Origin: Spirogloea muscicola
Lineage: Eukaryota
Reading direction: 5' to 3'
Length of the DNA stretch: 46,926 bases
Assembly: GCA_009602725.1 (NCBI GenBank)
Contig: WELB01000018.1
Span: 301,802-348,727 of the forward strand
Below the pieces are notes generated by a model. It saw nothing but the letters and a program-made list of their open reading frames with translations. It was not told the origin of the DNA and did not search any database. Below are positions 35,101-46,398 of this stretch, piece after piece. The stretch's first letter is position 1. The number at the start of each line of letters is the position of its first letter. A program made the position numbers and the translations under genes.

Positions 35101-35901
35101 CAAGCATCTCCTGACAAACCCTTGACTGCTAAGTCTATGCTCTTAGCAGGACTGAGTAGCTCTTACACTTGATGAGTGCCACTGAAGTCTGTGATATAAT
35201 ACAAGCATGGCTCACAGCAAGGACGCAATATTGTGGAGCAGGTCCTTTTGTGGGATCAGAAGAGACTGCAAAGGAAGAGCTTGGCGTGAAGCTAATGCAG
35301 GTTACTTGCAAAGACCTGATTCTACATAACAATACATGTTCTTTGACATAAGCATGGGGCCACATTGGGGTTCCAATCACTGATGCAATGCAGAAGTTCG
35401 TCAGGTTGCAACCTTTCTTAAGTAGAATGCTCGTTAGACGGATATTGTCTCTGATGTCATGTAGACTTGAACGTAGCACACCCAGACACTAATCCAGGAA
35501 GTACTCCATGTGCCTGACTCAGGAGGGTCGTATGCGCGGGCAAGCTTTTGTGACTTTCCCAGCCCCCAACCTGGCTCAAAAAGCTCTGGTAAGTGGTACA
35601 TACTGCTCCTCTTATCGTAAAACTACACATAAGGTAGATTTATGCACAACAGTCCAAAGCAGCAGACTGGCAGTCTATGCAGTTGTACTGCAAGCAACAG
35701 TGGCCGTTTGCACGTAAAGTCCAAAAGTCCAACTACATATATGAAATAGGGGATTTATATAGGACAATTTGTGGACTTCAATGTCATTGGCCTTGCTTGT
35801 GTCAGGTCGCCACACATGGCTACTTGCTGAAGGACAAGCCCATGGTTGTCCAATATGGACGCAAGCCTGTCACTCGTAAAAGCGACGAGGGGAAGAAGTG
35901 A
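32165..35901 (+). CDS. RNPC3: U11/U12 snRNP 65 kDa protein (two RRMs), minor spliceosome
   Basis: TLLVKHIP...YGAAVVRPCSVG|RLKNCAYVDF...QLHR|LRLLNKTL...EPIAPSLGVDYPFPPDLE|YAYPPPDSNILSNITSALIAVPRLYTQ|VLHLMNKMNLPAPF...PMFK|NYSVGEPSDVLYIKNLAKDVTQEDL..IYG...LMQ|EGRMRGQAFVTFP...HGYLLKDKPMVVQYGR...EGKK*. Confidence 0.95.
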
Positions 35902-37051
35902 TATTCAAAGGTGAACACTCCAGCTCTTGTCAAACTCCGTGGCACACTTCCTTATTCTACTAGCATGGGTCAAGATTGCAAGCAAGGATGGCATGCACAA
36001 ACATCTCTTGATGAAGCCATGGCCTTTTCAGGCGAATGGAGAGCAGCAGAACTGCTTCCACTGTCCACTTTCTTTGAGGATACATGGCAGCTATTGGCTC
36101 CAAAGGGATCATAAGGCCAGGATGCAATACACATGGTTAGCATGATTGCAACTGCATCATGTATGAAATCATGACAGCAGGCAGATCTTCATATGTATGT
36201 GCATGGATCCACGTGCCCTGTGCCCAATGAGACCTTCTCGCCCTGCTTCGTCTTTGATGCAAGCACAGTCATCTGCATGTGTTGTCGTTCTACCAAGATG
36301 AGACTGATGCATGCATGCAAAGCTCGTGTACCACTTCAACGTGGTGGCCAAGCTCATGTACCCCGCCCATAGGTCCTCTGGGCTTGCACAGGACTGGGCT
36401 CTGGGCTGTAAATCTCCAAGCGAAGGCTCTTTCATGAGGTTGGCTGTGAAAGGCCATCCCGAAATGACGGACAAAATCTAAGCCCAACACGAGCGCAAAC
36501 TACACAGCAGTACACCTGGCTACCGTTAATAGCGACGTTAGTAAGCCTAGTTGACAGTCGCAAATTGGAATGACTAGTAGCAGCTCTTCCAACAGCGAAA
36601 GGCCCGCGGTGCACTAGAAGAATAAGCGAGGCCAAGCTGAGCCAACACACCGTTAAGATGAAAGCAAAGGTAGTAAAGGAGGCTGGCCGTCGGAGGAGGC
36701 CACCGCCAATGACCTGAAGCGGCAGCCAAGGCACAGTCACCACGAAGATGCTAGGCGAAAGCTTATGATAGTCGCAAAATGCAAAACAATAGGCTCTTCC
36801 GAAGGCGATGGCTGTGCCGAGTAGTGCGCTGTGGGAGCAATGGTGGCGAGGAGGGCTTTCCATGACAATTCTAAACCCCTCAAATCCATGAACAAATATA
36901 TAATACAAAGGACAAGGTCTGCTGGGGCCCGGGAAGCAAGACTCTTCCAGTAGATGGCTGTGATTGGCCAGCCCAGACAAAAGATGAACAAAGGAGGGGC
37001 AATGAGGAAGAAGTGGCACTCCAAAAAAGAAGTGGTACTCCCAATGGGGGC

Positions 37052-39724
37052 GGGCACTGGGAGGAGCTCCTGGCCAGGCACGACGCAGCCGTGGCGGCGT
37101 CCGCGGCCAACCGTGGTGGCCGAGGGGCAACACACGCCCGGGCCGCCAGCGTCCGCAGGGCTCTTCGCTACGGCCACGCGGGTGAGCTCTCCCGGGCGGT
37201 GCAGGCCCTGGACGATGCGATGCTGGCGCCGACCAGTGCGGCCACTCGGGCGGCCCTGGACTCCCTCCACCCCCCGGCCAGCTCCTCCCTGCCACCGTGG
37301 TTGGCCGCGTTCACCCCGCCGGAGGCGGTGGTCTTGGAAGCCGACGCCCTCAAGAAGGCTCTCCAGACCAGCCGTCGCGCAGCCGCCGGCGGTCCCTCCC
37401 GCATGCTCACTGAGCACCTGCGGGAGATCTTCCTCGAGGGCGAGGCGGCGGACTTCAACGCGCTGCTGCAGATCTGCCAGCACCTGGCCAGGGACAATGT
37501 GCCGGCCAGCATCCGTGGCGTCCTGTGCGCCAGCACGCTGCTCGCCCTCGACAAGCCGAGCGGGGGGGTCAGACCCATTGCCATTGGGGAGGTCCTGTAC
37601 CGCCTGGTGAGTCGCGTACTCTGGCAGCAGCATGCGGGGCCGGCGCAGGTGCACATGGCGCCACACCAGTACGGCGCGGGGCTGCGGAGTGGGGGTGAGG
37701 CCGTCGTCCACGGGGTCCGTGCAACCTTGGACCAGCACCCGAGCTGGCTGGTGCTTGCCGTCGACGTGGCAAACGCCTTCAACACCGTGGAGCGCGCCTG
37801 CATTGCGGAGGAGCTCCGGGCCTCCTTCCCCTCCCTGGTCCCCTTTTTCCGCTTGGGGTACGGTCAGCCCAGCGACCTCCTCTGGTGGACAGGGGGTGAT
37901 CAGGTGGAGGTCCTGCAGTCCCGCTCGGGCACGCGGCAAGGGGACCCCCTCGCCGGCTTCTTCTTTGCGCTCGCGCACAACCGGGCTCTGCAGGCTACCG
38001 CTGCGGCCCACCCAGGAGTCCTTCTTCCCACCTACGCGGACGACACCACCATCGTCGGCCCTCCGGAAGACGTGGCGGCGGCCTTCGTTACTTTCACGCA
38101 GCAGCTGGCCACCCTCGGCCTGACCATCCGGCCGGCGAAGTGCGCGGCTTGGTCCCCTGGCGTGATCCTACCCACCCTGGCGCTGCCCCCGGGCTGCCGG
38201 ACTCCGGCAGACGGCTTCACCCTCCTGGGAGTCCCCATCGGCACGCCAGCCTTCGTGGAGGGGCAGCTGCGAGCCCGCCTCGTGGAGCACCTTCAGCCCG
38301 CGGCCCGGCTCCCCGAGCTGGAGGATATGCAGCTGTCCTTGGCCATGCTGACCAAGGCCATCGGGCAGCGGCCCCAGTACTTGACGCGGGCCACCCCGCC
38401 GTCCCCAGAGGCATTGGCGGCGTACGCGACTTTCGACGCGGGCATGGTGGCGAGCTTGGCGGCCCTGGTCCGCCACCAGGGCTTCCCCCAGTCGCCAGCC
38501 GCTATCCACCAGGCGGCGCTACCCATCAGCCACGGGGGTCTCGGCCTGCGCCCGCTCGTCCGCTCATGCCGGGCTGCATACCTCGGCAGCTGGGCGCAGA
38601 CTGCCGCCTCCGTGGCTCAGCGCTTCATGGTCCATGGCCGGCGTGCACTGGAGCAGGCGGTGGTGGAGGTGGACAAAGGCGCGCTGCCGTTCCAGGTGGC
38701 GCTTCGCACCGCCCACCAGGAGCTGCTCGCGGCGCACCCCGACATGGCCGGCCAGGCGGTCTCCTTTGCGCACCTCGCGCACACCGCTGACCTGCGCGTC
38801 CAAGCGCGCTTCGCGGCCGTCGTCGACAAGGCCGCCTACACCACCGCCGTGCTGCAGCTTCCTGAGGCTGACCTGCGCGGGCGCGCGAGACTACATTCGG
38901 CCTCCTCCCCGGGGGCAGCGGCGTGGCTCCAGGCACTCCCCATCACTGACGCCCTGACCCTCCCAGATGAGGTGTTTCGCACTGCCGTCCACCGGCTCCT
39001 GGGGCTGCCGCCTCCATGCCTCCAGGGCGTGCGTCAATGCCAGTGTGGCGAGCGAGGGGCCAAGCCTGGCGAGCTGGCTGCTCACGTCCTGCGCTGTTCC
39101 CATGGCGGCGAGAGGACGGCGGCCCACGACCGCCTCCGGGACGCGATGCACAGCATCCTGGTGGAGGCTGGCTTCGCGGTGGCAGCGGAGCACTCCGGCG
39201 TCATGCCGCTCCAGGCCAGGGCCGACGGTCTCCACGCTCGTCGCGTCGACCTGGTGGCCACCCCACAGGCCGGCGGGCCACGTCTGCTTCTGGATGTGGT
39301 GACTACCGACGCATTTGACCGCTCCCACCCAGCCCAGTCTGCCACCAAGGCTGGGTATGCGGTCGCCTGCGCCGCTCGGGCAAAAGAGATCAAGTACGCC
39401 GACCATCCACCGGAAGACGAGTTCTTCCCGTTGGCAATTGACATCCATGGGGCACTGGGCGCTCGGTGGCTTGAGCTACTTAACCAGCTCGCCCGCCACG
39501 CAATCGCCCGTCGCTTCCATGGTGAACCGGTAGACTTTCCTGCAGCCGGGTCGCTGGCGCAAGTGTATCGCATGCGCTTGGCCGTCTCGCTGCAGAGGTC
39601 CATGGCCCGTGCGCTGCACCTTCGTGCCGGGAGAGCCCTCGCTGCTGCCTCTGGCTCTGTCCAGGGGACCCACTTCCAGGACCCTAGCCTCTCTGATTTG
39701 CGGCTGCTTAGCAGGGGTTACTGA
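37052..39724 (+). CDS. Retrotransposon ORF: reverse transcriptase, CCHC zinc knuckle and restriction-like endonuclease (no native start; N-terminus truncated)
   Basis: About 890 open codons with RPIAIGE, DVANAFN, GTRQGDPLA, YADD, LLGVPIG, LPISHGGLG, CQC...HVLRC, HDRLRD, RRVDL...LDVVT...KEIKY and FFPLAIDIHGALG. This domain order is typical of CRE-clade RLE elements. Confidence 0.93.
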   Translation, partial: GHWEELLARHDAAVAASAANRGGRGATHARAASVRRALRYGHAGELSRAVQALDDAMLAPTSAATRAALDSLHPPASSSLPPWLAAFTPPEAVVLEADALKKALQTSRRAAAGGPSRMLTEHLREIFLEGEAADFNALLQICQHLARDNVPASIRGVLCASTLLALDKPSGGVRPIAIGEVLYRLVSRVLWQQHAGPAQVHMAPHQYGAGLRSGGEAVVHGVRATLDQHPSWLVLAVDVANAFNTVERACIAEELRASFPSLVPFFRLGYGQPSDLLWWTGGDQVEVLQSRSGTRQGDPLAGFFFALAHNRALQATAAAHPGVLLPTYADDTTIVGPPEDVAAAFVTFTQQLATLGLTIRPAKCAAWSPGVILPTLALPPGCRTPADGFTLLGVPIGTPAFVEGQLRARLVEHLQPAARLPELEDMQLSLAMLTKAIGQRPQYLTRATPPSPEALAAYATFDAGMVASLAALVRHQGFPQSPAAIHQAALPISHGGLGLRPLVRSCRAAYLGSWAQTAASVAQRFMVHGRRALEQAVVEVDKGALPFQVALRTAHQELLAAHPDMAGQAVSFAHLAHTADLRVQARFAAVVDKAAYTTAVLQLPEADLRGRARLHSASSPGAAAWLQALPITDALTLPDEVFRTAVHRLLGLPPPCLQGVRQCQCGERGAKPGELAAHVLRCSHGGERTAAHDRLRDAMHSILVEAGFAVAAEHSGVMPLQARADGLHARRVDLVATPQAGGPRLLLDVVTTDAFDRSHPAQSATKAGYAVACAARAKEIKYADHPPEDEFFPLAIDIHGALGARWLELLNQLARHAIARRFHGEPVDFPAAGSLAQVYRMRLAVSLQRSMARALHLRAGRALAAASGSVQGTHFQDPSLSDLRLLSRGY

Positions 39725-39870
39725 GTAATTTGTAGCTGCTTTCTTTCTTTGTGTGCTTTGGTTTCTTAGCGCTTCCTCTGGCTTCCTCTGGCCCCCTTCT
39801 CGTTCTTTGTTCATTCTTTTTTGGGCTGGCTTGTCCAGCCCCTATCCTCAATGGGCGAGCCCTTTCTTTT
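37052..39870 (+). mobile_element. Young 5'-truncated CRE-like non-LTR retrotransposon with an uninterrupted ORF and a 10-bp TSD
   Basis: CAATGGGGGC at 37042-37051 and 39871-39880 flanks the element. The 3' UTR carries the GGGCTGGcttgtCCAGCCC hairpin and ends atgggcgagccctttctttt, with no poly(A). Confidence 0.93.
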
Positions 39871-40093
39871 CAATGGGGGCAAGGGCTGCGAAAAGCCAGC
39901 CCAAAAGAATTGACAAAGGTTCGAAGGGGGCCTAAGAGCGTTGAGCAGCTACAAAGAAGAAAGTGCTCGCCCATTGAGAATAGGGGCTGGAACAACCAGC
40001 CCGAAAAGGGGCCTGAGGGTGCGATCCAAGTGGGGGCAAGGGCTGTGAGTGGCCAGCCCAGACGAAAGATGAACAAAGAGAGGGGGCAATGAG
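39871..40093 (-). mobile_element. Stack of antisense CRE-like 3'-UTR remnants (continues at 36956-37051 on the other side of the insertion)
   Basis: Three hairpin units: gggctgcgaaaagccagccc, gggctggaacaaccagccc and gggctgtgagtggccagccc, with an aagaagaaagtgctcgcccattg terminus. Confidence 0.85.
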
Positions 40094-40581
40094 TGTCGAC
40101 TAACGGGGAGCGAGGGTTGACGGCGGCCCGCCAGCTGACGGCCGCCAAGCTCCGCCGGGCCCCGTCAAGAGGGTGACAGGGGGGGGAGGACCCGCGGAAC
40201 CCCCTCCCCCCTCCGCGAACCCGTCTTCCTCCCTCCACGTGCCTGCCGACCGTCGCTCGGGCGCCCGGCAACCCCCCTCCTCCCCCCCCCCCCTCTCAGC
40301 TTCCTGTCGCCGCCCTCCTGGCCCATAGCCGTCGTGCTTGCGCCATTGCCGCCGCCGCCGACGCCGCAGCCTCCGGAGCCTTGATGCGAGGAGCGATGGC
40401 CGCGGAGGCCCGGCTCTGGCGTCTGGCGCCGGTCGGCGGCCGCTGGCGGCCGCTTCGCCAGCTCCTGCTCACGGCCCCCTAGCACGAGGCCTGCCATCCA
40501 GAGCGCTGTGCTGGCTGCAGGCCTGGCCTCACCCGAGCGGGGGAGACGGCCGTTGAGCAGGCGTCGTCCTTGTCGGCCGCC

Positions 40582-43500
40582 ATGACGGTCACCAATGGCG
40601 ACTTCATGCCTTCGAGCATGCGCGACCGCAAGATTGCGCGCATCTTCCAGCAGTTTGACGCCAATAGCGACGGCAGCCTCAACCGCGAGGAGATGTCGGC
40701 GCTCGTCGTGGCCGTCAACCCCAACGTCAAGTTCACCGAGGACCAAATCTCCGCCATCCTGGACGAGGTCTTCCGAACTTATGGACCATATATCGACGAT
40801 GACAATGGCCTCTCGCTCGCGGGCCTTCGCCAGACATACGACGACGGCGCAGGCGATGTCAACCGAGACTTTGACGCCCTGAAGCTGAACGTCGATGGTG
40901 AGAGCTCTATCCTAGCAAGCCGGAGGAGCAGCACAATGGCGATACATGTCAGTAGGTCAATCAGTGCAGCGGCCTGGGCCCAGTGAGCAGTAAGCAACGG
41001 GGATGCAAGGGCGGCCATGACGGCATATTGACACGCGGAGCGTGCCAAAGCGTGCCTGCACTTCATTGTAGCCGCCTACTGTGTGCGAAGCTGGCTCTCA
41101 GCTGCGATGAGAGAGCAGGGTTGCTGTAGCAGCCTTTCCATGCTGAGTCAAGCATTCTCCTCATGGGATAAGACAGTAAAGGCATTAACTTGTGTCTGGC
41201 CTGCTTGCTTGCACCGTGGACAGACATCCCAGCTCACATTCCCGGCCTCAATGGGACTCTCGCACCTGGTCTTCCTGCCGTGGTGGATGCAAGAGGGGCT
41301 GGCGCTGATGGGCCGCACTTCGAGACCACATGGCGGCTCTTAGAGGATCTCGAGATCATTCTAAAGCGCCACGAGGTTGCCATGTACGTTCCTGCACGAC
41401 CGTGCTGCCGTTCTGGCTTTCCTTCTCAAGCACTCTAGGCTGCTCTTATTCTTAGGGTAGCTGAGGGGCCACCTTGGCGGCAGCTCTCGCAAGTAGATTG
41501 TGATTTCCAGCACTCTGGAAATCCGGGGGAGTCTATGTAAGGCAGTCTCAGAGACATTGCTCCAGAGCACATTGCAGTGCCGGGATGCAACAGCATGATA
41601 ATGGCCTGCTGCTGCGCTACTGGACTGCTGGGTACACTGCTTATTTGGCTTCGAAAATCATGCCTGCACAGCTCGAGCTGCACGATGTAGGTGAAGTATC
41701 AGACAGTGTTGAGAAATTGACGATGTTCCAGGATGGTCACAGGCCGGCCGAGAATGCACATGGACACGATGCCGTGGATCTCCAACCTCGAACGATAGCC
41801 TACACCCCAGTCTTGGCGAAGGAGCTTGCACCTCTTCGTGCTCGTGCAGATGGAGCCGCTTCTACAGGTGCTTTATGGTCTCATCAATGTCGAAAGCATG
41901 GCAGCTGGGTCACAAGGACTAGAGTGTGCAAGCTCTGGAGTTACCTCTCACTGCCCTTGTTATACCATGTTCAGAAGCTGCATTCGAGGGCCACATGGCA
42001 ATGGGAAAGATCCTGGATGACAGGGGACTCCCCCAAGAGGCCCTTCTCAGCTTCCAGAGGGCTCAGCGGCTCATGCCAGGGGACGCTCGGGCTCACTTCA
42101 GGGCAGGTAACGCCCTCTTCTCCTGTGACAAAGTTGGAGAAGCCAAGGTGGCCTACCAGCGAGCGCTAGATACAGGCAGGGAACAACCTCACCTTTATGC
42201 AGGGATCATTCCACAGGTGGGTGTGGCTTAGACTTCAGAGCCTCTTCCATTTACCACGTCCTGTTATTTTCCTGTGCATGTACTTTACATCTGCCACAGA
42301 TCTGCAGTTGGACTGGCAGGCTTATTATATTTACTCCTTTTTGGTTAGGAGCTTGAAGACATGCTAAGACATGCATGCCGGCTCAACGGATAGTTTCATT
42401 TTGCCAACAGTGCGTCCATCTTCTGCATTGCAAGCCAGGTTTATGTAAATATGGGCATAGTGCTAGAGACAGAGGGCATGCTAGCCAACGCCTGTGAGCA
42501 GTACCAAGAGGCTGCCATCCTGTCGCCCCAACATCATCGGGCACTCAAGCTGCTTGGCAGTGCTCAATTTGGCCTTGGAGATTATCGAGCAGCTGAGCAA
42601 TCTCTCCAGCATGCCCTCTATCTTGAGGTCAGCATCTCAGGCTTCCTACTTACAACAACCTCTTCCATGCATATGCTCTGTGTCACCTCACAAGAGGCAG
42701 ATTGCTTACTCTATCAGTGCACTATCATGCATTTCATTGTAGGAAATGTGTGCTTCTTTGGAAGTTCCTTGAATTGCTGGCAGCTCATGCTTGCCTAGCC
42801 CACTGCAGAAAGCTGCCTAGTTGAGCTGTACTCAGGGTGAAGTGGTGTTTTGCAGCCAACCTTTGCAGATGCTCACTGCGACCTGGGCTCCACGTTGCAC
42901 GCTCTCGGGGATACAGAACGAGCTAGAGAGGAGTTTGAGCAGGCTAATGAGCTCCAGCCTGTCCATCTAGACGCCATGTACAACCTCGGGCAGGTGTACA
43001 GGTGTGTTCCAGCAGTCGAGGTGCTGAAAGCTTGGTCTATTGGGCGTTTCCAGCATCTACTTTGATTTGCTTCAAAGCTGATATGGCACCATGCACTTCG
43101 AGAAGCTGCTCATGGTCAAGGTGATTGTGTTCTTGAGTGGTGCATTACCCTGCTCTGTGCAGCGACAACGGGAACTACATCGCAGCTGCAGATGCATACA
43201 ACAGGGTCCTTGCTAGGCAGCCAGACAACTGGAAAGCAGAGCTGAATAGGGCAGTGGCTTTGTTAGGTGCTGGTCGGGTAGAGGAGTCTCATACTTCATT
43301 TCAGGTCCATAATTCCTCCTCTCCCATACAGTGCAAGATGGCATCGATTCAGATATGTTGGTCTCTTCTAGCTCAACATGCATGTCTCTTTGTGCAAGGC
43401 ATGTGCACTTTCGTGATGTATCTCTCCTTGTTGCACATGCAGTCAGCTTTCCAGATGACCGACAGAGTGGAGCTATACGACGCAATCCAGCAGCTGAAGC

Positions 43501-45298
43501 GAGCCTCAAAGAAGAACAAGGCGCTATCCTCTATGCTGAACAGGCAGGTTACGGAGGCCTGTAGTAGCCTCTCCAGTGGTGGCCTTACTGTTGATGAACT
43601 TTGCTTGGACTGTTGTGAGCTGCAAAGTAGTGCATTGCTGCGCTAGACAATCAAAGGTCTGTAGTTTGCATCCAGATTTCGCACTTGTATCTTCAGGATT
43701 GTCTTTTCCATTGGAGTTAACAGCTTGCTTGGTGCAGTGTCCCAGATGCATCTCCCACGGGTTCAGAGGCTGAGCGCCAACAGAGACGAGCAACGGAGTC
43801 TACCTCTGTTGTAGTTGATCTATCTAGAATGAAGCAGACCTCTGCTGAAACCACGCCACCGAAGGAACTTGGAGCCGCCTTAGATGTTCGCAGTTTTCAG
43901 GTGCAACATCTACACAATTGTTGTTAAGATGCGGGCAGCTTCCTTACATCTGGAAGGCAGTCGCAGTGGCTAGTGGCAAGCGAAATTGCTGCTTCATCAT
44001 CTGATTGTATCAGTTAAGCATCATATGCTGTTGCTGACTGTTTGTTGTAAGTCATGCATCTGCTGCAGAAGCAAACACGACTGCACACAGTGTTAGCGGA
44101 AGCTGTAAATGGTGGGCTGCAGAGCCACAGTCTGACACCATCATCCGACAGAATGCTGAACAAGGCCTCCATGGAGAAAATATGTAGAGCTCTTTTGCCA
44201 AAGTTGAGTCCACAGGTCTTCCAACAGGCCATGCGGGCCTTGAATGTCCGTATATTTGCACTTCTGGATGACAAAAGGTAGGTCTTCTGTCTCCACAACC
44301 CACAACACTGTTGCATGGACTGCTTACCTTCTGCTCATTTATTAAGCTTAGTTGTGGGGTACTATGCACTCCTTCTGGGAGCAACTTGTTATCTTGCTTA
44401 GAGTCTTGCTTGCTCAAAGTACGATGCGTAGAGTTTGTGCCTAAAGGCGTGAGCGTTGCTGAGAGGCATGAGCATTGTCATCAACTCACACCCCCTCCGC
44501 CACAAATAAATCCCCCTCTTATATTATATAGCAGAATCACATGGATGTATATATACTCTTACACTTCAATTACAAACTGCTCATCCCTCAAGCTCGGTTG
44601 TTGCTAAAGTGGCAGTGGCAAGTTGGACCTTGGGATGTTTCTGGCAATCATTGCCCCTCTATGCTCTGGCACTCCTGAGCAGCGGAAGCAGTGTGCGTTC
44701 AACGCTCTGTCTTGGAATGTCGGCAGGGCCTCTGGTGTGCTAGGCCTACCAGCTGCCAAGGCTTATTTTCAGCTTCTCCGTCAAGTTTACCTTGCAATCC
44801 AGCACGACCAAATTCTCGACCTGCCCAGCAGCCCTAACGAGGACATCAACGTCATCTCTTTTGCTGCCTTTGACGAACGCTTCAGCCAAGCATTCCCAAT
44901 CCTGCCTATTCTTATCAAGCTGGAGGAAGATGACAGGTAGACACAGAATATGATGCATTGGCTCTAACATTCTGCTCACAGTTTCCTGCTCAAGTTGCGA
45001 CTTGTGCTGGTAGACATGAGCAGGTATGTTAGTTTGCTAAATGATATTAGTCAATCATAGTGTCTTATCTGTGGGTTCTTGCAGGGTGAGACATGGAAGG
45101 CAATCATGTGCCGTCTGCTCGCATCCAATTGTTGGGTTGCGATACAAAGAAATTTCCGCAGGCTTCAGCATCTGCAGCCATTGTTACAGCGAAGGAAGGG
45201 TTCCGAGCATCCCTCAAAGAGATGACTATCTCTTCAAGGAGTATAGCAGGGCTGAATCGTTTCTGTATTTTGGCATGGCCAGAGAGTCACGGCAATAA
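40582..45298 (+). CDS. EF-hand/TPR-repeat protein with a C-terminal ZZ-type zinc finger (At1g05150-like)
   Basis: RKIARIFQQFDANSDGSLNREEMSALVVAVNPNVKFTEDQISAILDEVFRTYG...TYDDGAGDVNRDFDAL, then TPR exons (RAHFRAGNAL; VYVNMGIVLETEGMLANACEQYQEAAILSPQHHRALKLLGSA; FADAHCDLGSTLHALG; NWKAELNRAVALLGAG), ending RVRHGRQSCAVCSHPIVGLRYKE..FSICSHCYSEGRVP...RQ*. Alternative ATGs at 40606 and 40618. Confidence 0.93.
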
Positions 45299-45977
45299 TG
45301 GTTCTCTGAGGATGAGCTGTAATAGCTTTGTGCCTGTCCAATCCTTGTAGTGGATAATAAAGGCCACTTGCATGGTGAGCCACCCATGGGTCTTTCAAAT
45401 GAGCCAATTGGCTCATTGAAAGGACCAATTAGCTGTGTCTCTGCCTGAGTCTGGCATCCTTTCCAAGACGGAGCTGCTGGTGGTGGGCTGGAGGTGCCTA
45501 TGGCTGCAGCGTGTGTATGCAAGTAAGTAGAACGTTGTCATCAGGTTATTTGTCTCCATAACGTTTGTGCACTAGCAATCAAGGTGACCTTTGTCTACTC
45601 TGACTTATCCGAGTCTCATTCTCTCTAGTGAGCCCCTTGAGTCTCTGGTGCCTCATTGTCCATTCTGGTAATCAAAAGAGCATTTTGCAACAATCCCCAG
45701 TCTCTCAAGATTGATGTGAGTGATTGGTAGCATCTCCTACTTGGATGAATAAGTGAATAGCAGCTAATTTGGTCAAAGGGCAGAAATCGTGTGCTGCTGA
45801 TGCATGTGCTTCAATGTCCTGAAAGCGTCCATAAGCTACAGCTTCACATGCAATTTTCATTAAGCTTCTAACACTGACGCGGGGCTGAAGTTGGAGCTGC
45901 CAGACTGAAAGGCCCTCATTTGTATTACCTAGCAACTGTGAATGAAGAAGTGAGCTCTTCCAGAGGGAGCGATGTTT

Positions 45978-46183
45978 GTGAAAAGCCAGCCCAAGAAGCG
46001 ATTGATGAGGTCCAAAGGGGCCCAAGAGGCTGCAAAAGAAGAAAGTGCTCGCCCATTGAGGATAGGGGCTGGAAAAGCCAGCCCAAAAGAATGAACAAAG
46101 TACGAGAAGGGGGCTAGGGGAAGCGCTAAGAATGACAAGCACAAAAAGATATAAGCAGCTGCGAATCACTCAGTAACCCCTGC
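45978..46183 (-). mobile_element. 5'-truncated CRE-like copy (RGY* plus full 3' UTR) and an older remnant
   Basis: The reverse complement of 46034-46183 aligns with 39711-39870 (gcaggggttactgagt...cttagcgcttcc...ttcattcttttgggctgg...ccagcccctatcctcaatgggcgagc). Confidence 0.88.
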
Positions 46184-46239
46184 GAGCGAGCGAACTCTGG
46201 TGGGTGGCAGAAGGGCTTCTTATCCGACATCTAGTATTC

Positions 46240-46380
46240 AGGCATCGATTGGCGACCTTAATGTTTTTGACCCGCGGTTACTGAGCGGGTCATTCTGCTG
46301 TAGGTTATATAGATCTTAGATGTGCTTGCCTTTGTACTTGGCCATTTGGCCTTCGTTTGTCTAAATACACGAATCCGTAT
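46240..46380 (+). mobile_element. 5'-truncated CRE-like 3' fragment of another subfamily
   Basis: ttgacccgcggttactga (LTRGY*, TGA 46282-46284), then gcgggtca...tgtgcttgcctttgtacttggcca, matching the reverse complement of 27320-27433. Confidence 0.8.
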
Positions 46381-46398
46381 CCCTGCTAAGCAGCCGCA

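Noticed and set aside
32165..35901. U12-type introns suggested by the presence of RNPC3
   Set aside because: I saw no RTATCCTT donor at any intron boundary I could define.
36432..38011. 287-aa and 424-aa minus-strand ORFs
   Set aside because: Antisense shadows of the GC-rich retroelement ORF and its flanks, with no recognisable motifs.
37052..39724. Bacterial RT system (retron, group II intron, DGR) or LTR/DIRS/Penelope element
   Set aside because: The RT is followed by a CCHC knuckle and an RLE endonuclease, with variable 5' truncations and TSDs. There is no integrase, RNase H, tyrosine recombinase, GIY-YIG domain or LTR.
39820..40005. Long inverted repeat as a MITE, terminal inverted repeat or miRNA precursor
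   Set aside because: It is explained by the sense 3' UTR of the inserted element facing antisense 3'-UTR relics of older copies. A hairpin siRNA source remains possible but is unsupported.
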